Assembly (NCBI RefSeq): GCF_965219815.1
Contig: NZ_OZ244791.1
Coordinates: 2,604,491 to 2,668,490 of the forward strand
DNA from: Candidatus Poriferisocius sp.
GTDB lineage: Bacteria > Actinomycetota > Acidimicrobiia > Acidimicrobiales > Bin134
Length of the DNA: 64,000 bases
Direction: 5' to 3'
In this document: one piece after another, positions 8,446 through 17,503 of the stretch
How positions within the stretch are numbered: position 1 is the stretch's first letter
Layout of the letters: each line of letters starts with the position of its first letter
Program-made: the position numbers and the translations under genes
The notes under the pieces: model-generated
Databases searched by the model: none
The model's input: the letters and a program-made list of their open reading frames with translations, nothing else
Told to the model about the DNA's origin: nothing

Positions 8446-11173
8446 GGGGGGCGCCGCGGGCCAAGACCCGGGCACCGTCATGCTGGTGGACGGGAACTCG
8501 CTGGTCTATCGAGCTTTTTTCGCCGTGCCCGAGGACATGACCACTGCCAGCGGACAGGTGACCAACGCGGTGTACGGCTTCACCAGGATGCTCCTGACCC
8601 TGCTGCGCGACCACCAGCCCGACCGGGTAGGGGTGGCCTTCGACCGGCGCGAGCCCACCTTCCGCCACGAGCGGGTGTCCAGCTATAAGGCCAACCGCGA
8701 GGAGACTCCCGAAGCGCTGCGCCAGCAGATGGGCATTGTCCGCCAGCTGGTGGACACGCTGGGGATCGCCGCGGTGGACCACGTGGGAGTGGAGGCCGAC
8801 GATGTGATCGCCACGCTGGCCACCCAGGCCCGCGACCGGGGTGAGAACGTGATCGTGGTGACCGGCGACCGGGATGCCTACCAACTGGTGGAGGACCCCC
8901 ACGTTCGAGTGCTCTACAACAAGCGGGGGGTGTCCGACTACGCCCTCTACGACGAGGCCGGCATTGAGGAGCGCACTGGGGTGAAGCCGTCGGACTACGT
9001 GGCCTACGCCGCCCTGCGAGGCGACCCCTCCGACAACCTGCCCGGTGTGAACGGGGTGGGGGAGAAGACCGCGGCCAAGCTCATCAACGCCTACGGTTCC
9101 ATCGACGAGCTGTATCAGCACGTGGCCGACCAGACCCCGAAGCTCCAGCAGAACCTGGACGAGGCCCAAGACCGGGTGAAGCTCAATTTGGAGCTGATGG
9201 AGCTGTTGCGAGACGTCCCGCTCGATCTGGGCGTGGACGATCTGGATTTGGCCCCGCCCAAGACCGCCGAGATCGAGGAGCTGTTCGACTTCTTGGAGTT
9301 CAGGAGCCTCCGCGACTTCGTGACCGAGGTGCTGGACGTGGATCTGGGCGGCGACGGCGACGCCGGTGGGGCATTGGAGGCCGCGGTGGAGACCATCTCA
9401 ACCGCAGACGCCGCTGCCGAAGCGCTGAATCGGCTGGCCGATAGCGGCGAGCCGGTGGCCCTGGCCGCCGGCTGGGGCGATCCGTTCGACCGGAGCCAGC
9501 CCCATCGACGCCGGCTGCTGGGCCTGGCCCTGGTTGCCGACCGCGACGCCGGCCAAGCGGTGTGGCTGCCCTCCGAGCTGTTGGAATCCTCGGGCCACGA
9601 CGCCCTGGCCGCATTCTTCAGCGCTGGCACCCCCTTCATGGGCCACGACGTCAAGCCGTTTGTGTTGTGGCTTCTGTCGCAGGGCATCGATGCCGCCGGG
9701 CTGACTCTGGATGCCCAGATCGCCGCCTACCTCCTAGACCCGGCCAGCGGGCGATTCGGGCTCGATGATCTGATGCGTACGCACACGGCGATGGAGTTGC
9801 CGGGGATCGATCAGCCCGACGAGGGCCGGCTGTTCGACGACGATTCCGGCGATTCGGTGGCGCCGGCGATGCAGGCCGGCCTTCAGGCCCTGGCCGTGTC
9901 CCACCTGGCTGCTCCACTCCTGGACGCCTTGGACGCCCAAGGCCTGAGAGGCCTCAACGATGACATGGAGGTGCCCCTGGTTCGGGTGCTGGCCCGCATG
10001 GAGCACATGGGCATCGGGGTGGACGTGGAGGGATTGACCGGCTTGCGCGACCGGCTGGTGGCCGACGCCGAGCGGCTTCGGGCGCTGGTGATCGATGCCG
10101 CGGGCGAGGGGAGCTTCAACGTGAACTCCTCCAAGCAGGTGGGCGAGCTGCTGTTCGACAAGCTGGGCCTTCCCCCTCAGAAGAAGACCAAGACCGGGGC
10201 CTACTCCACCGACGCCGGCACCCTGGAGAAGCTGCGGGGCGAGCATCCGGTGGTGGATGCGCTGCTGGACTACCGGGAAGTGGAGAAGCTGCGCTCCACC
10301 TATGGGGAGGGCCTGGTGGCCGCCGTGGGGCTCGAGCCCGACAACCGCATCCGGGCCACGTTCAACCAGACGGTGGCCCGCACCGGGCGGCTCAGCTCCG
10401 ACGCCCCCAACCTGCACAACATCCCGGTGCGCACCGAGACCGGGCGGGTGTTCCGGGAGGTGTTCGTGGCTGCCGAGGGCTGCGAGCTGCTGGTGGCCGA
10501 CTACAACCAGATCGAGCTGCGCTGCATCGCCCACCTGGCCGAGGATCCCGGGCTGATCCACGCGTTCGAGTCGGGCCAGGACGTCCACACCTCCGTGGCC
10601 GCCCAGGTGTTCGGCATCGAACCCGGCGCGGTGGGCATCGAGGAGCGGTCCACCGCCAAGATGGTGTCCTACGGTCTGGCCTACGGCATGGAGGCTTACG
10701 GCTTGGGATCGCGGCTGAACATCCCCACCGGAGAGGCCGCGGTGATCCTCGACGCCTACTTCGGGGCCTTCCCTGCGCTGCGGGAGTACATGGATCGAGC
10801 GGTGGCCGAGGCCCGAACCCGGGGCTACACCGAGACCCTGTTCGGGCGGCGGCTTCGGATTCCCGAGATCAACTCCTCCAATTTCCGGCTTCGCCAAGCG
10901 GCCGAGCGCCAGGCCATGAACGCCGGCATCCAGGGCTTGGCCGCCGACATCTTCAAGGTGGCCCTGGTGAGGCTCGACCACGCGCTCCAAGACCGGGGGT
11001 TCGCCAGCCGCATCATCCTCCAAGTACACGACGAGGTGATTCTGGAGGTTCCCGAGGGTGAGCACGACGGAGTGGCCGAGCTCACCGTGGCAACCATGGC
11101 CGAGGCCTACGACCTGAGGGTTCCCCTCGAAGTACACCTGTCGTCGGGGCACACCTGGGCCGACGCCAAGTAG
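8438..11173 (+). CDS. polA: DNA polymerase I
   Basis: ORF track, 911 aa. There is a 5'-nuclease N-terminus (LVDGNSLVYRAFFA, GDRDAYQL, SDNLPGVNGVGEKTA). Family-A polymerase motifs follow (DYNQIELRCIAHL, RSTAKMVSYGLAYG, QVHDEVILEV). The ATG overlaps the pdtaR stop (ATGGCTGA). Confidence 0.97.
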   Translation: MAEGGAAGQDPGTVMLVDGNSLVYRAFFAVPEDMTTASGQVTNAVYGFTRMLLTLLRDHQPDRVGVAFDRREPTFRHERVSSYKANREETPEALRQQMGIVRQLVDTLGIAAVDHVGVEADDVIATLATQARDRGENVIVVTGDRDAYQLVEDPHVRVLYNKRGVSDYALYDEAGIEERTGVKPSDYVAYAALRGDPSDNLPGVNGVGEKTAAKLINAYGSIDELYQHVADQTPKLQQNLDEAQDRVKLNLELMELLRDVPLDLGVDDLDLAPPKTAEIEELFDFLEFRSLRDFVTEVLDVDLGGDGDAGGALEAAVETISTADAAAEALNRLADSGEPVALAAGWGDPFDRSQPHRRRLLGLALVADRDAGQAVWLPSELLESSGHDALAAFFSAGTPFMGHDVKPFVLWLLSQGIDAAGLTLDAQIAAYLLDPASGRFGLDDLMRTHTAMELPGIDQPDEGRLFDDDSGDSVAPAMQAGLQALAVSHLAAPLLDALDAQGLRGLNDDMEVPLVRVLARMEHMGIGVDVEGLTGLRDRLVADAERLRALVIDAAGEGSFNVNSSKQVGELLFDKLGLPPQKKTKTGAYSTDAGTLEKLRGEHPVVDALLDYREVEKLRSTYGEGLVAAVGLEPDNRIRATFNQTVARTGRLSSDAPNLHNIPVRTETGRVFREVFVAAEGCELLVADYNQIELRCIAHLAEDPGLIHAFESGQDVHTSVAAQVFGIEPGAVGIEERSTAKMVSYGLAYGMEAYGLGSRLNIPTGEAAVILDAYFGAFPALREYMDRAVAEARTRGYTETLFGRRLRIPEINSSNFRLRQAAERQAMNAGIQGLAADIFKVALVRLDHALQDRGFASRIILQVHDEVILEVPEGEHDGVAELTVATMAEAYDLRVPLEVHLSSGHTWADAK

Positions 11174-11271
11174 CCCAGTTCCAAGCGTGCTGTTAGCATC
11201 ATCGGGCCGGTTCAGGCTGCTGTGCCGCGCCCATTGTCCTATCCACTTCCTCCTGTGAGGCTCAACTCAAC

Positions 11272-12765
11272 GTGTCCGACCTCGATACCGCCCCATCCCC
11301 CCAACCCGCACCGCCAGCCGCCACGGCTGTGATCGACGCCCCCGACGGTGTGGGAACCTTTGACGCTGAGGGGAACTACATCCCCCGCCAGATCACCGAC
11401 CAGGACATCGAAGACCAGTTCTTGGACGACGCATACACCGCCACCATGGTCCAGGTGGAAGACGGCCAGATCGTGTCCGGCAAGGTGGTGAAGGTTGACC
11501 GCGACGAGGTGCTGCTGGACATCGGCTACAAGTCGGAGGGGATCATCCCCACCCGGGAGCTGTCCATCCGCAATGTTGTGGACCCCGGCGAGATCGTCAC
11601 CCTCGGCGAGGAGATCGAGGCCCTGGTGCTCCAGAAGGAGGACAAGGACGGCCACCTGATCCTGTCGAAGAAGCGGGCCCAGTACGAGCGGGCGTGGGGC
11701 AACATCGAAGAGGTCAAGGAGAACGAGGGAACCGTCTCGGGCCCGGTGATCGAGGTGGTCAAGGGCGGTCTGATCGTGGACATCGGTCTGCGGGGCTTCC
11801 TGCCTGCCTCGCTGGTGGAGCTGCGCCGGGTGCGCGACCTCCAGCCCTATATCGGCCAGACTCTGGAGGCCAAGATCATCGAGCTGGACAAGAACCGCAA
11901 CAACGTGGTGCTGTCCCGCCGGGCGTGGCTGGAGGAGACCGAGAAGGAGCAGCGCGAGGCGTTCTTGGACAACCTCAAGCCGGGCGAGCGCCGCAGCGGC
12001 GTGGTGTCGTCGGTGGTGAACTTCGGCGCGTTCGTCGACCTGGGCGGCATGGACGGCCTGGTGCACGTGTCCGAGCTGTCGTGGAAGCACGTCGACCACC
12101 CCAGCGCCGTGGTGCAGGTGGGCGACGAGATCGAAGTGCAGGTGCTGGAAGTGGATCTCGACCGGGAGCGCATCAGCCTGTCGCTGAAGGCCACCCAGCA
12201 GGATCCCTGGCAGGAGTTCGCCACCAGCCACCAAGTGGGCGAGCTGGTGTACGGCCGGGTCACCAAGCTGGTGCCGTTCGGGGCCTTTGTGCAGGTGGGC
12301 GAGAGCATCGAGGGCCTGGTGCACATCTCGGAAATCTCCTCCCACCACATCGACCTGCCCGAGCAGGTGGTGACCCCCGGCGAGGAGCTGTGGGTGAAGA
12401 TCATCGACCTCGACATCAACCGCCGCCGCATCAGCCTGTCGATCAAGCAGGCCGCCGAGGGCGGCGTGGTGGCCGCCGAGTTCCAGGAGCACTTCGGCGA
12501 GCACGCCTACGACGCCGAGGGCAACTACATCGGCGCGATCAACGAGGACGTGGCCGCCGACCAAGACGAGGCCTGGGCCCAGTACTACTCAGAAGTGGGC
12601 GATGGCGCCCCCCCACCTGAGGACGGCAGCCCCGAAGGCGCCCCAGACGGCGAGGCTCCAGTTCTCGAAGAGCCTGTAGGGGGACCTCTAGGAGAACCGG
12701 TAGGAGAACCTCTGGGAGAGCCGGTAGGAGACCCGGTAGTAGAACCGGTAGAAGACCCGGTCTAG
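11272..12765 (+). CDS. rpsA: 30S ribosomal protein S1
   Basis: ORF track (GTG start). It has repeated S1 domains (GKVVKVDRDEVLLDIGYKSEG, GLRGFLPAS, GMDGLVHVSELS, IEGLVHISEIS). An acidic/proline C-terminal extension ends in (E/D)P(V/L)G repeats. Confidence 0.97.
   Translation: MSDLDTAPSPQPAPPAATAVIDAPDGVGTFDAEGNYIPRQITDQDIEDQFLDDAYTATMVQVEDGQIVSGKVVKVDRDEVLLDIGYKSEGIIPTRELSIRNVVDPGEIVTLGEEIEALVLQKEDKDGHLILSKKRAQYERAWGNIEEVKENEGTVSGPVIEVVKGGLIVDIGLRGFLPASLVELRRVRDLQPYIGQTLEAKIIELDKNRNNVVLSRRAWLEETEKEQREAFLDNLKPGERRSGVVSSVVNFGAFVDLGGMDGLVHVSELSWKHVDHPSAVVQVGDEIEVQVLEVDLDRERISLSLKATQQDPWQEFATSHQVGELVYGRVTKLVPFGAFVQVGESIEGLVHISEISSHHIDLPEQVVTPGEELWVKIIDLDINRRRISLSIKQAAEGGVVAAEFQEHFGEHAYDAEGNYIGAINEDVAADQDEAWAQYYSEVGDGAPPPEDGSPEGAPDGEAPVLEEPVGGPLGEPVGEPLGEPVGDPVVEPVEDPV
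12670..12765 (+). repeat. Eight tandem 12-nt units (consensus GAACCGGTAGGA) at the 3' end of rpsA
   Basis: Read directly: gagcctgtaggg ggacctctagga gaaccggtagga gaacctctggga gagccggtagga gacccggtagta gaaccggtagaa gacccggtctag. These encode EPVG GPLG EPVG EPLG EPVG DPVV EPVE DPV-stop. Confidence 0.9.
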
Positions 12766-12784
12766 TTTCAGCTGTCCAAGGACA

Positions 12785-12800
12785 TCCCCTGTCCAGGGGA
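12785..12800 (+). terminator. Weak hairpin downstream of rpsA (candidate terminator)
   Basis: TCCCCT-gtcc-AGGGGA (6-bp stem, 4-nt loop) lies 20 nt after the rpsA stop and is followed by cTTTg. The U-tract is poor. Confidence 0.25.
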
Positions 12801-12864
12801 CTTTGAGCGCCGGCATCCACGCAGCATCCCCAAAGTCTGTGGGGCTGTTGCCTAGCCTGAGCGA

Positions 12865-15387
12865 ATGCCACAAATCGGTCGTATCGCCGTTGCCCTGGTC
12901 GCTACCGCTTCGCTGGTTGCCTCGCTTGGGGCGCTGTCGGCTAGTGCCGAAGAGCATGGCGAAGAACAGAGCTCACAGAGCGACCGCGACACGCTGATTG
13001 CCCTCTACGAGGCCACCGGCGGTGACGGCTGGAACAACTCGAGCGGCTGGCTCGACGACGGGCCGCTGGGCGGCTGGTACGGCGTTACTGTCGACGAAGA
13101 CGATCGGGTCACCGGCCTGTCGTTGGCGTCCAATGGATTGGTGGGGGAGCTTCCGGCTGGGCTCGGCAGCCTCGAGTACCTTGAATCGCTCGACTTGGGG
13201 AACAACGAACTGGTAGGCGAGCTGCCTTCCGAGCTCGGCGGCCTTTCCAACCTCGTCGAACTGGATATTCAGAACAACCGCCTGGAGCGCAACATTCCCG
13301 CTGAGCTCGGCGATCTTTCCGAGCTCACTGTGCTCGACCTCAAGTACAACGGCCTGTGGGGGGCACTCCCCTCCGAACTCGGCCAGCTCAGCGAGCTTCG
13401 CATCCTGGACTTGCGGGGCAACGTGTTGTCGGGCGAGATCCCCGCCGAGTTCGGCGATCTCTCCGAGCTCACCCACCTGATGATGCGGTTCAACGGACTG
13501 TCGGGGGAGATTCCCGGGGAGTTGGGCGGCTTGGGTCGGCTGGAGTGGCTGGATCTCAGCAACAACCGGTTGTCGGGGGAGATTCCCGGGGAGTTGGGTG
13601 GCTTGGGTCGGCTGGAGTGGCTGGATCTCAGCAACAACGAGCTGTCGGGGTCGATCCCGGGTGAGCTTGCCGACCTCTCCCGACTACGGCATCTGAGCTT
13701 GACGGCCAACGGGCTGTCGGGGTCGATTCCGGCTGGGCTCAGTCGCCTCACCGAGCTGAGGCACCTGTCGTTGTCGGCCAACCAATTGTCAGGGGGGATT
13801 TCCTACCGGCTGGGCCGGCTCGAGAACCTTCAAGAGCTGCGGCTCGGCCACAACAATCTCACGGGCCGGATCCCACCCGAACTGGGCAGATTGGGAGGCC
13901 TTCGCCAGCTGTGGCTGGAGGACAACGACCTGTCAGGGGAGATTCCCGCTCGATTGGGCAATCTGGTCGGGTTGAGGCAGCTGGATCTGCAAGGCAATCA
14001 GCTGTCGGGGGGCATTCCTGCTGAATTAGGCAACCTGACAAAGCTGAGGCAGCTGGATCTGCATGGCAATCAGCTGTCGGGGAGCATTCCCGCCGAGCTG
14101 GGCAATCTGGTGGCGTTGGAGGATGTCGACCTCAGCAACAACTGGTTGTCGGGCCCGATTCCTGAGGGCATCGCCACGATGACCGGGCTGGAAAGCCTGT
14201 TGCTGCACGACAACGTGTTGTCGGGGGAGATTCCTTCGGACATCGGCGGTTTGGGCCGGTTGGAGGTGTTGGATCTCTCCAATAATCGATTGTCGGAGGA
14301 TATTCCGGCGGGGATCGGCGGCTCGACCCGGCTCACCGTGTTGGATCTGTCCAACAACCGGCTCACCGGGGAGATTCCGGAAGGTTTGGGAAGGCTGAAT
14401 CGCTTGGAGTACCTGGACCTGCGGAGCAACCGGCTTTCCGGCAATGTGCCGGAAGGCTTCGCCCATCTCTGGTCGCTGACCCACCTGCTGCTTCGGGACA
14501 ACCAGCTGTCAGGGGAGATTCCCCCTTCTCTCGGAGGACTTGAGAAACTCCAGTGGCTCGATCTGAGCATCAACTTCTTGTCGGGGGAGATCCCCGCTGA
14601 ACTGGGACAGCTTGCCGATCTCCAGGCGCTGTATCTGAGCTACAACCGGCTCACCGGCGAGCTGCCCCCTGAGTTGGGCGAGCTGTCGAATCTGAAGCAC
14701 CTGATGATCCGCCGCAACCAGTTGGAGGGGGATATCCCAGCTGAATTCGGCCAGTTGGCCGATCTGGAGCGGCTCAACCTGTGGGCCAATCAGCTCTCGG
14801 GGGAGATTCCCGCCGAGTTGGGCCAGATCGCCAACCTCACAAGACTGGACCTCGACGACAACGAGCTTTCGGGAGAGATTCCCGCCGAACTAGGCAACCT
14901 CGTCAAGCTGCGGGAACTGTGGCTGAACGGCAATCAGCTGACGGGAGAGATTCCCGCTGAATTGGGCAACTTGATCAACTTGAGGCGTCTGTTCCTAGAC
15001 GGCAATCAGTTGACGGGCGAGATTCCCGCCGAGCTGGGCAATCTCAGCAGTCTCACGCGCCTGTGGCTGAACGGCAATCAGTTGACGGGCGAGATTCCCA
15101 GCGAGCTGGGAAATCTCAGCGAGCTGGCGTACTTGTATATCGGCGACAACCAGTTGACGGGTGGGATCCCCGCTGAGCTGGGCAATCTTAGCAATCTGAC
15201 GCATGTGTATATCGGCGACAACCAGCTGACCGGCGAGATACCCGCCGAGCTGGGCGCTCTCAGCAAGCTTGTAAATCTGTTCATCAGCGGCAATCAGCTC
15301 ACCGGCTGCCTACCCGCCGCCTGGGAGTCAGCCGACCTCAAAGGCAACGATCTAGAGCTACTCGACCTTGCGTTCTGCGAGGAGTGA
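12865..15387 (+). CDS. Secreted leucine-rich-repeat protein with plant-specific-type 24-residue LRRs
   Basis: ORF track, 840 aa. The signal-peptide-like N-terminus is MPQIGRIAVALVATASLVASLGALSASA. An LRRNT-like cap follows (LIALYEATGGDGWNNSSGWL..WYGVTVDEDDRVTGLSL). The rest is about 30 consecutive units fitting LxxLxxLxLxxNxLSGxIPxELGx, and the protein ends GCLPAAWESADLKGNDLELLDLAFCEE. Confidence 0.9.
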   Translation: MPQIGRIAVALVATASLVASLGALSASAEEHGEEQSSQSDRDTLIALYEATGGDGWNNSSGWLDDGPLGGWYGVTVDEDDRVTGLSLASNGLVGELPAGLGSLEYLESLDLGNNELVGELPSELGGLSNLVELDIQNNRLERNIPAELGDLSELTVLDLKYNGLWGALPSELGQLSELRILDLRGNVLSGEIPAEFGDLSELTHLMMRFNGLSGEIPGELGGLGRLEWLDLSNNRLSGEIPGELGGLGRLEWLDLSNNELSGSIPGELADLSRLRHLSLTANGLSGSIPAGLSRLTELRHLSLSANQLSGGISYRLGRLENLQELRLGHNNLTGRIPPELGRLGGLRQLWLEDNDLSGEIPARLGNLVGLRQLDLQGNQLSGGIPAELGNLTKLRQLDLHGNQLSGSIPAELGNLVALEDVDLSNNWLSGPIPEGIATMTGLESLLLHDNVLSGEIPSDIGGLGRLEVLDLSNNRLSEDIPAGIGGSTRLTVLDLSNNRLTGEIPEGLGRLNRLEYLDLRSNRLSGNVPEGFAHLWSLTHLLLRDNQLSGEIPPSLGGLEKLQWLDLSINFLSGEIPAELGQLADLQALYLSYNRLTGELPPELGELSNLKHLMIRRNQLEGDIPAEFGQLADLERLNLWANQLSGEIPAELGQIANLTRLDLDDNELSGEIPAELGNLVKLRELWLNGNQLTGEIPAELGNLINLRRLFLDGNQLTGEIPAELGNLSSLTRLWLNGNQLTGEIPSELGNLSELAYLYIGDNQLTGGIPAELGNLSNLTHVYIGDNQLTGEIPAELGALSKLVNLFISGNQLTGCLPAAWESADLKGNDLELLDLAFCEE
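13501..13644 (+). repeat. Near-perfect 72-bp tandem duplication (one LRR unit) inside the LRR gene
   Basis: 13501-13572 and 13573-13644 differ at 4 of 72 positions by my alignment. They encode SGEIPGELGGLGRLEWLDLSNNRL / SGEIPGELGGLGRLEWLDLSNNEL. Confidence 0.9.
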
Positions 15388-15452
15388 TGGTCTGAAGCGC
15401 CTCTTGGCCCGAACCAAGAAGAATTGGGGGAGCGACTGGTAGCATCGATTCG

Positions 15453-17492
15453 GTGAGCAGCTTGGGGGATGCAGCCTTTCGGATGGTGTCGTCGTTCGAG
15501 CCGGCCGGGGATCAGCCCAAGGCCATCGCTGCGCTTTCAGAGGGGTTGGAGCGGGGCGACCGGTTCCAGACGCTGTTGGGCATAACCGGATCGGGCAAGA
15601 GCGCCACCGTGGCCTGGACCATCGAGCAGGTGCAGCGACCCACCCTGGTGCTGGCGCCCAACAAGTCGCTGGCCGCCCAGCTGGCCAACGAGATGCGGGA
15701 GTTCTTCCCCGACAACCGGGTGGAGTACTTCGTGTCGTATTACGACTACTACCAGCCCGAGGCCTACATGCCGGCCTCCGACACCTACATCGAGAAGGAC
15801 TCGTCGGTGAACGACGAGATCGACCGGCTGCGCCACTCCACCACCGAGGCGCTGTTGACCCGGCGGGACGTGATCGTGGTGGCGTCGGTGTCGTGCATCT
15901 ACGGGCTGGGCGGCCCCGACGAGTACAAGAACCTGCTGTGCATCGCCAAAACAGGCCAGAGCTACGACCAGCGCGACCTGCTGCGGCGACTGGTGGACAT
16001 GCAGTACGAGCGCAACGACACCAATCTGGTGCGGGGCCGATTCCGGGTACGGGGCGACGTCATCGAGGTCCACCCGGCCTATGAGGAGTATGTCGTTCGC
16101 ATCCAACTGTTCGGCGACGAGGTGGAGCAGATCACCACAATCGACCCGGTGACCGGCGAGCGGCTCCACACGCTGAGCGAGGTCGTGGTGTTCCCGGCCA
16201 CCCACTATGTGGCCGGCGACGAGCGGATGCGCCAGGCCATCGAGGGCATCGAGGCTGAGCTCCAAGAGCGGCTGGCCTATTTCGACAAGGAGGGGCAGCT
16301 GCTGGAGGCCCAGCGGCTGCGGATGCGCACCACCTACGACCTGGAGATGATGCAGGAGATCGGCTTCTGCAACGGCATCGAGAACTACTCCCGCCACATC
16401 GACGGCCGGGCCCCCGGGGAGCGGCCCTACACCCTGCTGGATTACTTCCCCGACGATTTCATCACCGTGATCGACGAGTCCCACGTGGCCGTGCCCCAGC
16501 TTCACGGGCAATTCGAGGGCGACCGCAGTCGCAAGAACACGCTGGTGGACCACGGCTTCCGGCTTCCCTCGGCAGTGGACAACCGCCCGCTGCGGTTCGA
16601 GGAGGTCATGGAGCGGGTGGGGCAAGTGGTATTTCTGTCGGCCACCCCCAGCGACTATGAGATCAGCGTCTCCGATCAGGTAGTAGAGCAGATCGTGCGT
16701 CCGACCGGGCTGGTCGACCCCGAGGTGCAAGTACGCCCCACCAAGGGCCAGATCGACGACTTGATGAAGCTCATCGAGGATCGCACCGAGGCGAGCCAGC
16801 GGGTGCTGGTGACCACATTGACCAAGAAAATGGCCGAGGACCTGACCGAGTACCTATTGGAGCTGGGGGTGCGGGTTCGCTATCTGCACAGCGAGGTCGA
16901 CACCATCGAACGAATCGAGATCCTGCGCGACCTGCGACTCGGCGAGTTCGACGTGCTGGTGGGCATCAACCTGCTGCGGGAAGGTCTGGATCTGCCCGAG
17001 GTGTCGCTGGTGGCCATTCTCGATGCCGACAAAGAGGGGTTCCTGCGCAGCGAGACCTCGCTTATCCAGACCATCGGCCGCGCGGCCCGCAATGTGGACG
17101 GCCAGGTGGTCATGTACGCCGACATGGTGACCGACTCCATGAGACGGGCTATCTCCGAGACCCACCGGCGGCGGGGATTGCAGCAGGCGTTCAACGAGCA
17201 GCACGGCATCAACCCCCAGACCATCCGCAAGGCAGTCAGCGACATCCTGGCTGAGCTCCGCCCGGCCGAGGATGGCGTGCCCATTCCCGGCGGGGCCCAG
17301 CGCTCCCGTTCGATGGATCAGTCTCGCCGGCGCCCCGAGGTGATCGACTTGGACACCGGCGGCATCGAGCGGCTCATTCACACGCTTACCGAGGAGATGA
17401 ACGACGCCGCCGCCGAGTTGAAGTTCGAGTACGCCGCCCGCCTGCGAGACGAGATCAAAGACTTGCAGCGCGACCTTCGGGCGATGGTCTGA
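15453..17492 (+). CDS. uvrB: Excinuclease ABC subunit B
   Basis: ORF track (GTG start). Motifs seen are [21 protein letters not shown], the [13 protein letters not shown] beta-hairpin region, helicase motifs, and the C-terminal UVR domain ([14 protein letters not shown]). Confidence 0.97.
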   Translation: MSSLGDAAFRMVSSFEPAGDQPKAIAALSEGLERGDRFQTLLGITGSGKSATVAWTIEQVQRPTLVLAPNKSLAAQLANEMREFFPDNRVEYFVSYYDYYQPEAYMPASDTYIEKDSSVNDEIDRLRHSTTEALLTRRDVIVVASVSCIYGLGGPDEYKNLLCIAKTGQSYDQRDLLRRLVDMQYERNDTNLVRGRFRVRGDVIEVHPAYEEYVVRIQLFGDEVEQITTIDPVTGERLHTLSEVVVFPATHYVAGDERMRQAIEGIEAELQERLAYFDKEGQLLEAQRLRMRTTYDLEMMQEIGFCNGIENYSRHIDGRAPGERPYTLLDYFPDDFITVIDESHVAVPQLHGQFEGDRSRKNTLVDHGFRLPSAVDNRPLRFEEVMERVGQVVFLSATPSDYEISVSDQVVEQIVRPTGLVDPEVQVRPTKGQIDDLMKLIEDRTEASQRVLVTTLTKKMAEDLTEYLLELGVRVRYLHSEVDTIERIEILRDLRLGEFDVLVGINLLREGLDLPEVSLVAILDADKEGFLRSETSLIQTIGRAARNVDGQVVMYADMVTDSMRRAISETHRRRGLQQAFNEQHGINPQTIRKAVSDILAELRPAEDGVPIPGGAQRSRSMDQSRRRPEVIDLDTGGIERLIHTLTEEMNDAAAELKFEYAARLRDEIKDLQRDLRAMV

Positions 17493-17503
17493 AGCTGTCT
17501 TCG

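Noticed and set aside
11239-12564. A 441-aa ORF antisense to rpsA. Similar long antisense or alternate-frame ORFs occur elsewhere, e.g. 8288..9169 and 9734..11152 (polA), 15537..16730 (uvrB), 17814..19202 and 18287..19306 (OYE gene), 20818..22263 (uvrA), 34747..35940 (uvrC), 42427..43710 (CaiB), 46682..47863 (amidohydrolase), 49608..51041 (XDH), 55500..56567 (gap), 58649..60532 (BVMO), 60550..61794 (P450) and 62891..63877 (ACAD).
   Set aside because: These are typical high-GC artefacts: stop codons are rare on all frames. Their translations are Gly/His/Arg/Pro/Val-rich with no recognisable motifs. The opposite strand or frame in each case encodes a full-length, motif-rich conserved protein.
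12865-15387. A regular 72-nt periodicity that could be mistaken for a CRISPR array or satellite.
   Set aside because: The periodicity is in-frame coding sequence of a continuous 840-aa ORF (24-residue LRR units). There are no unique spacers, no leader and no cas genes.
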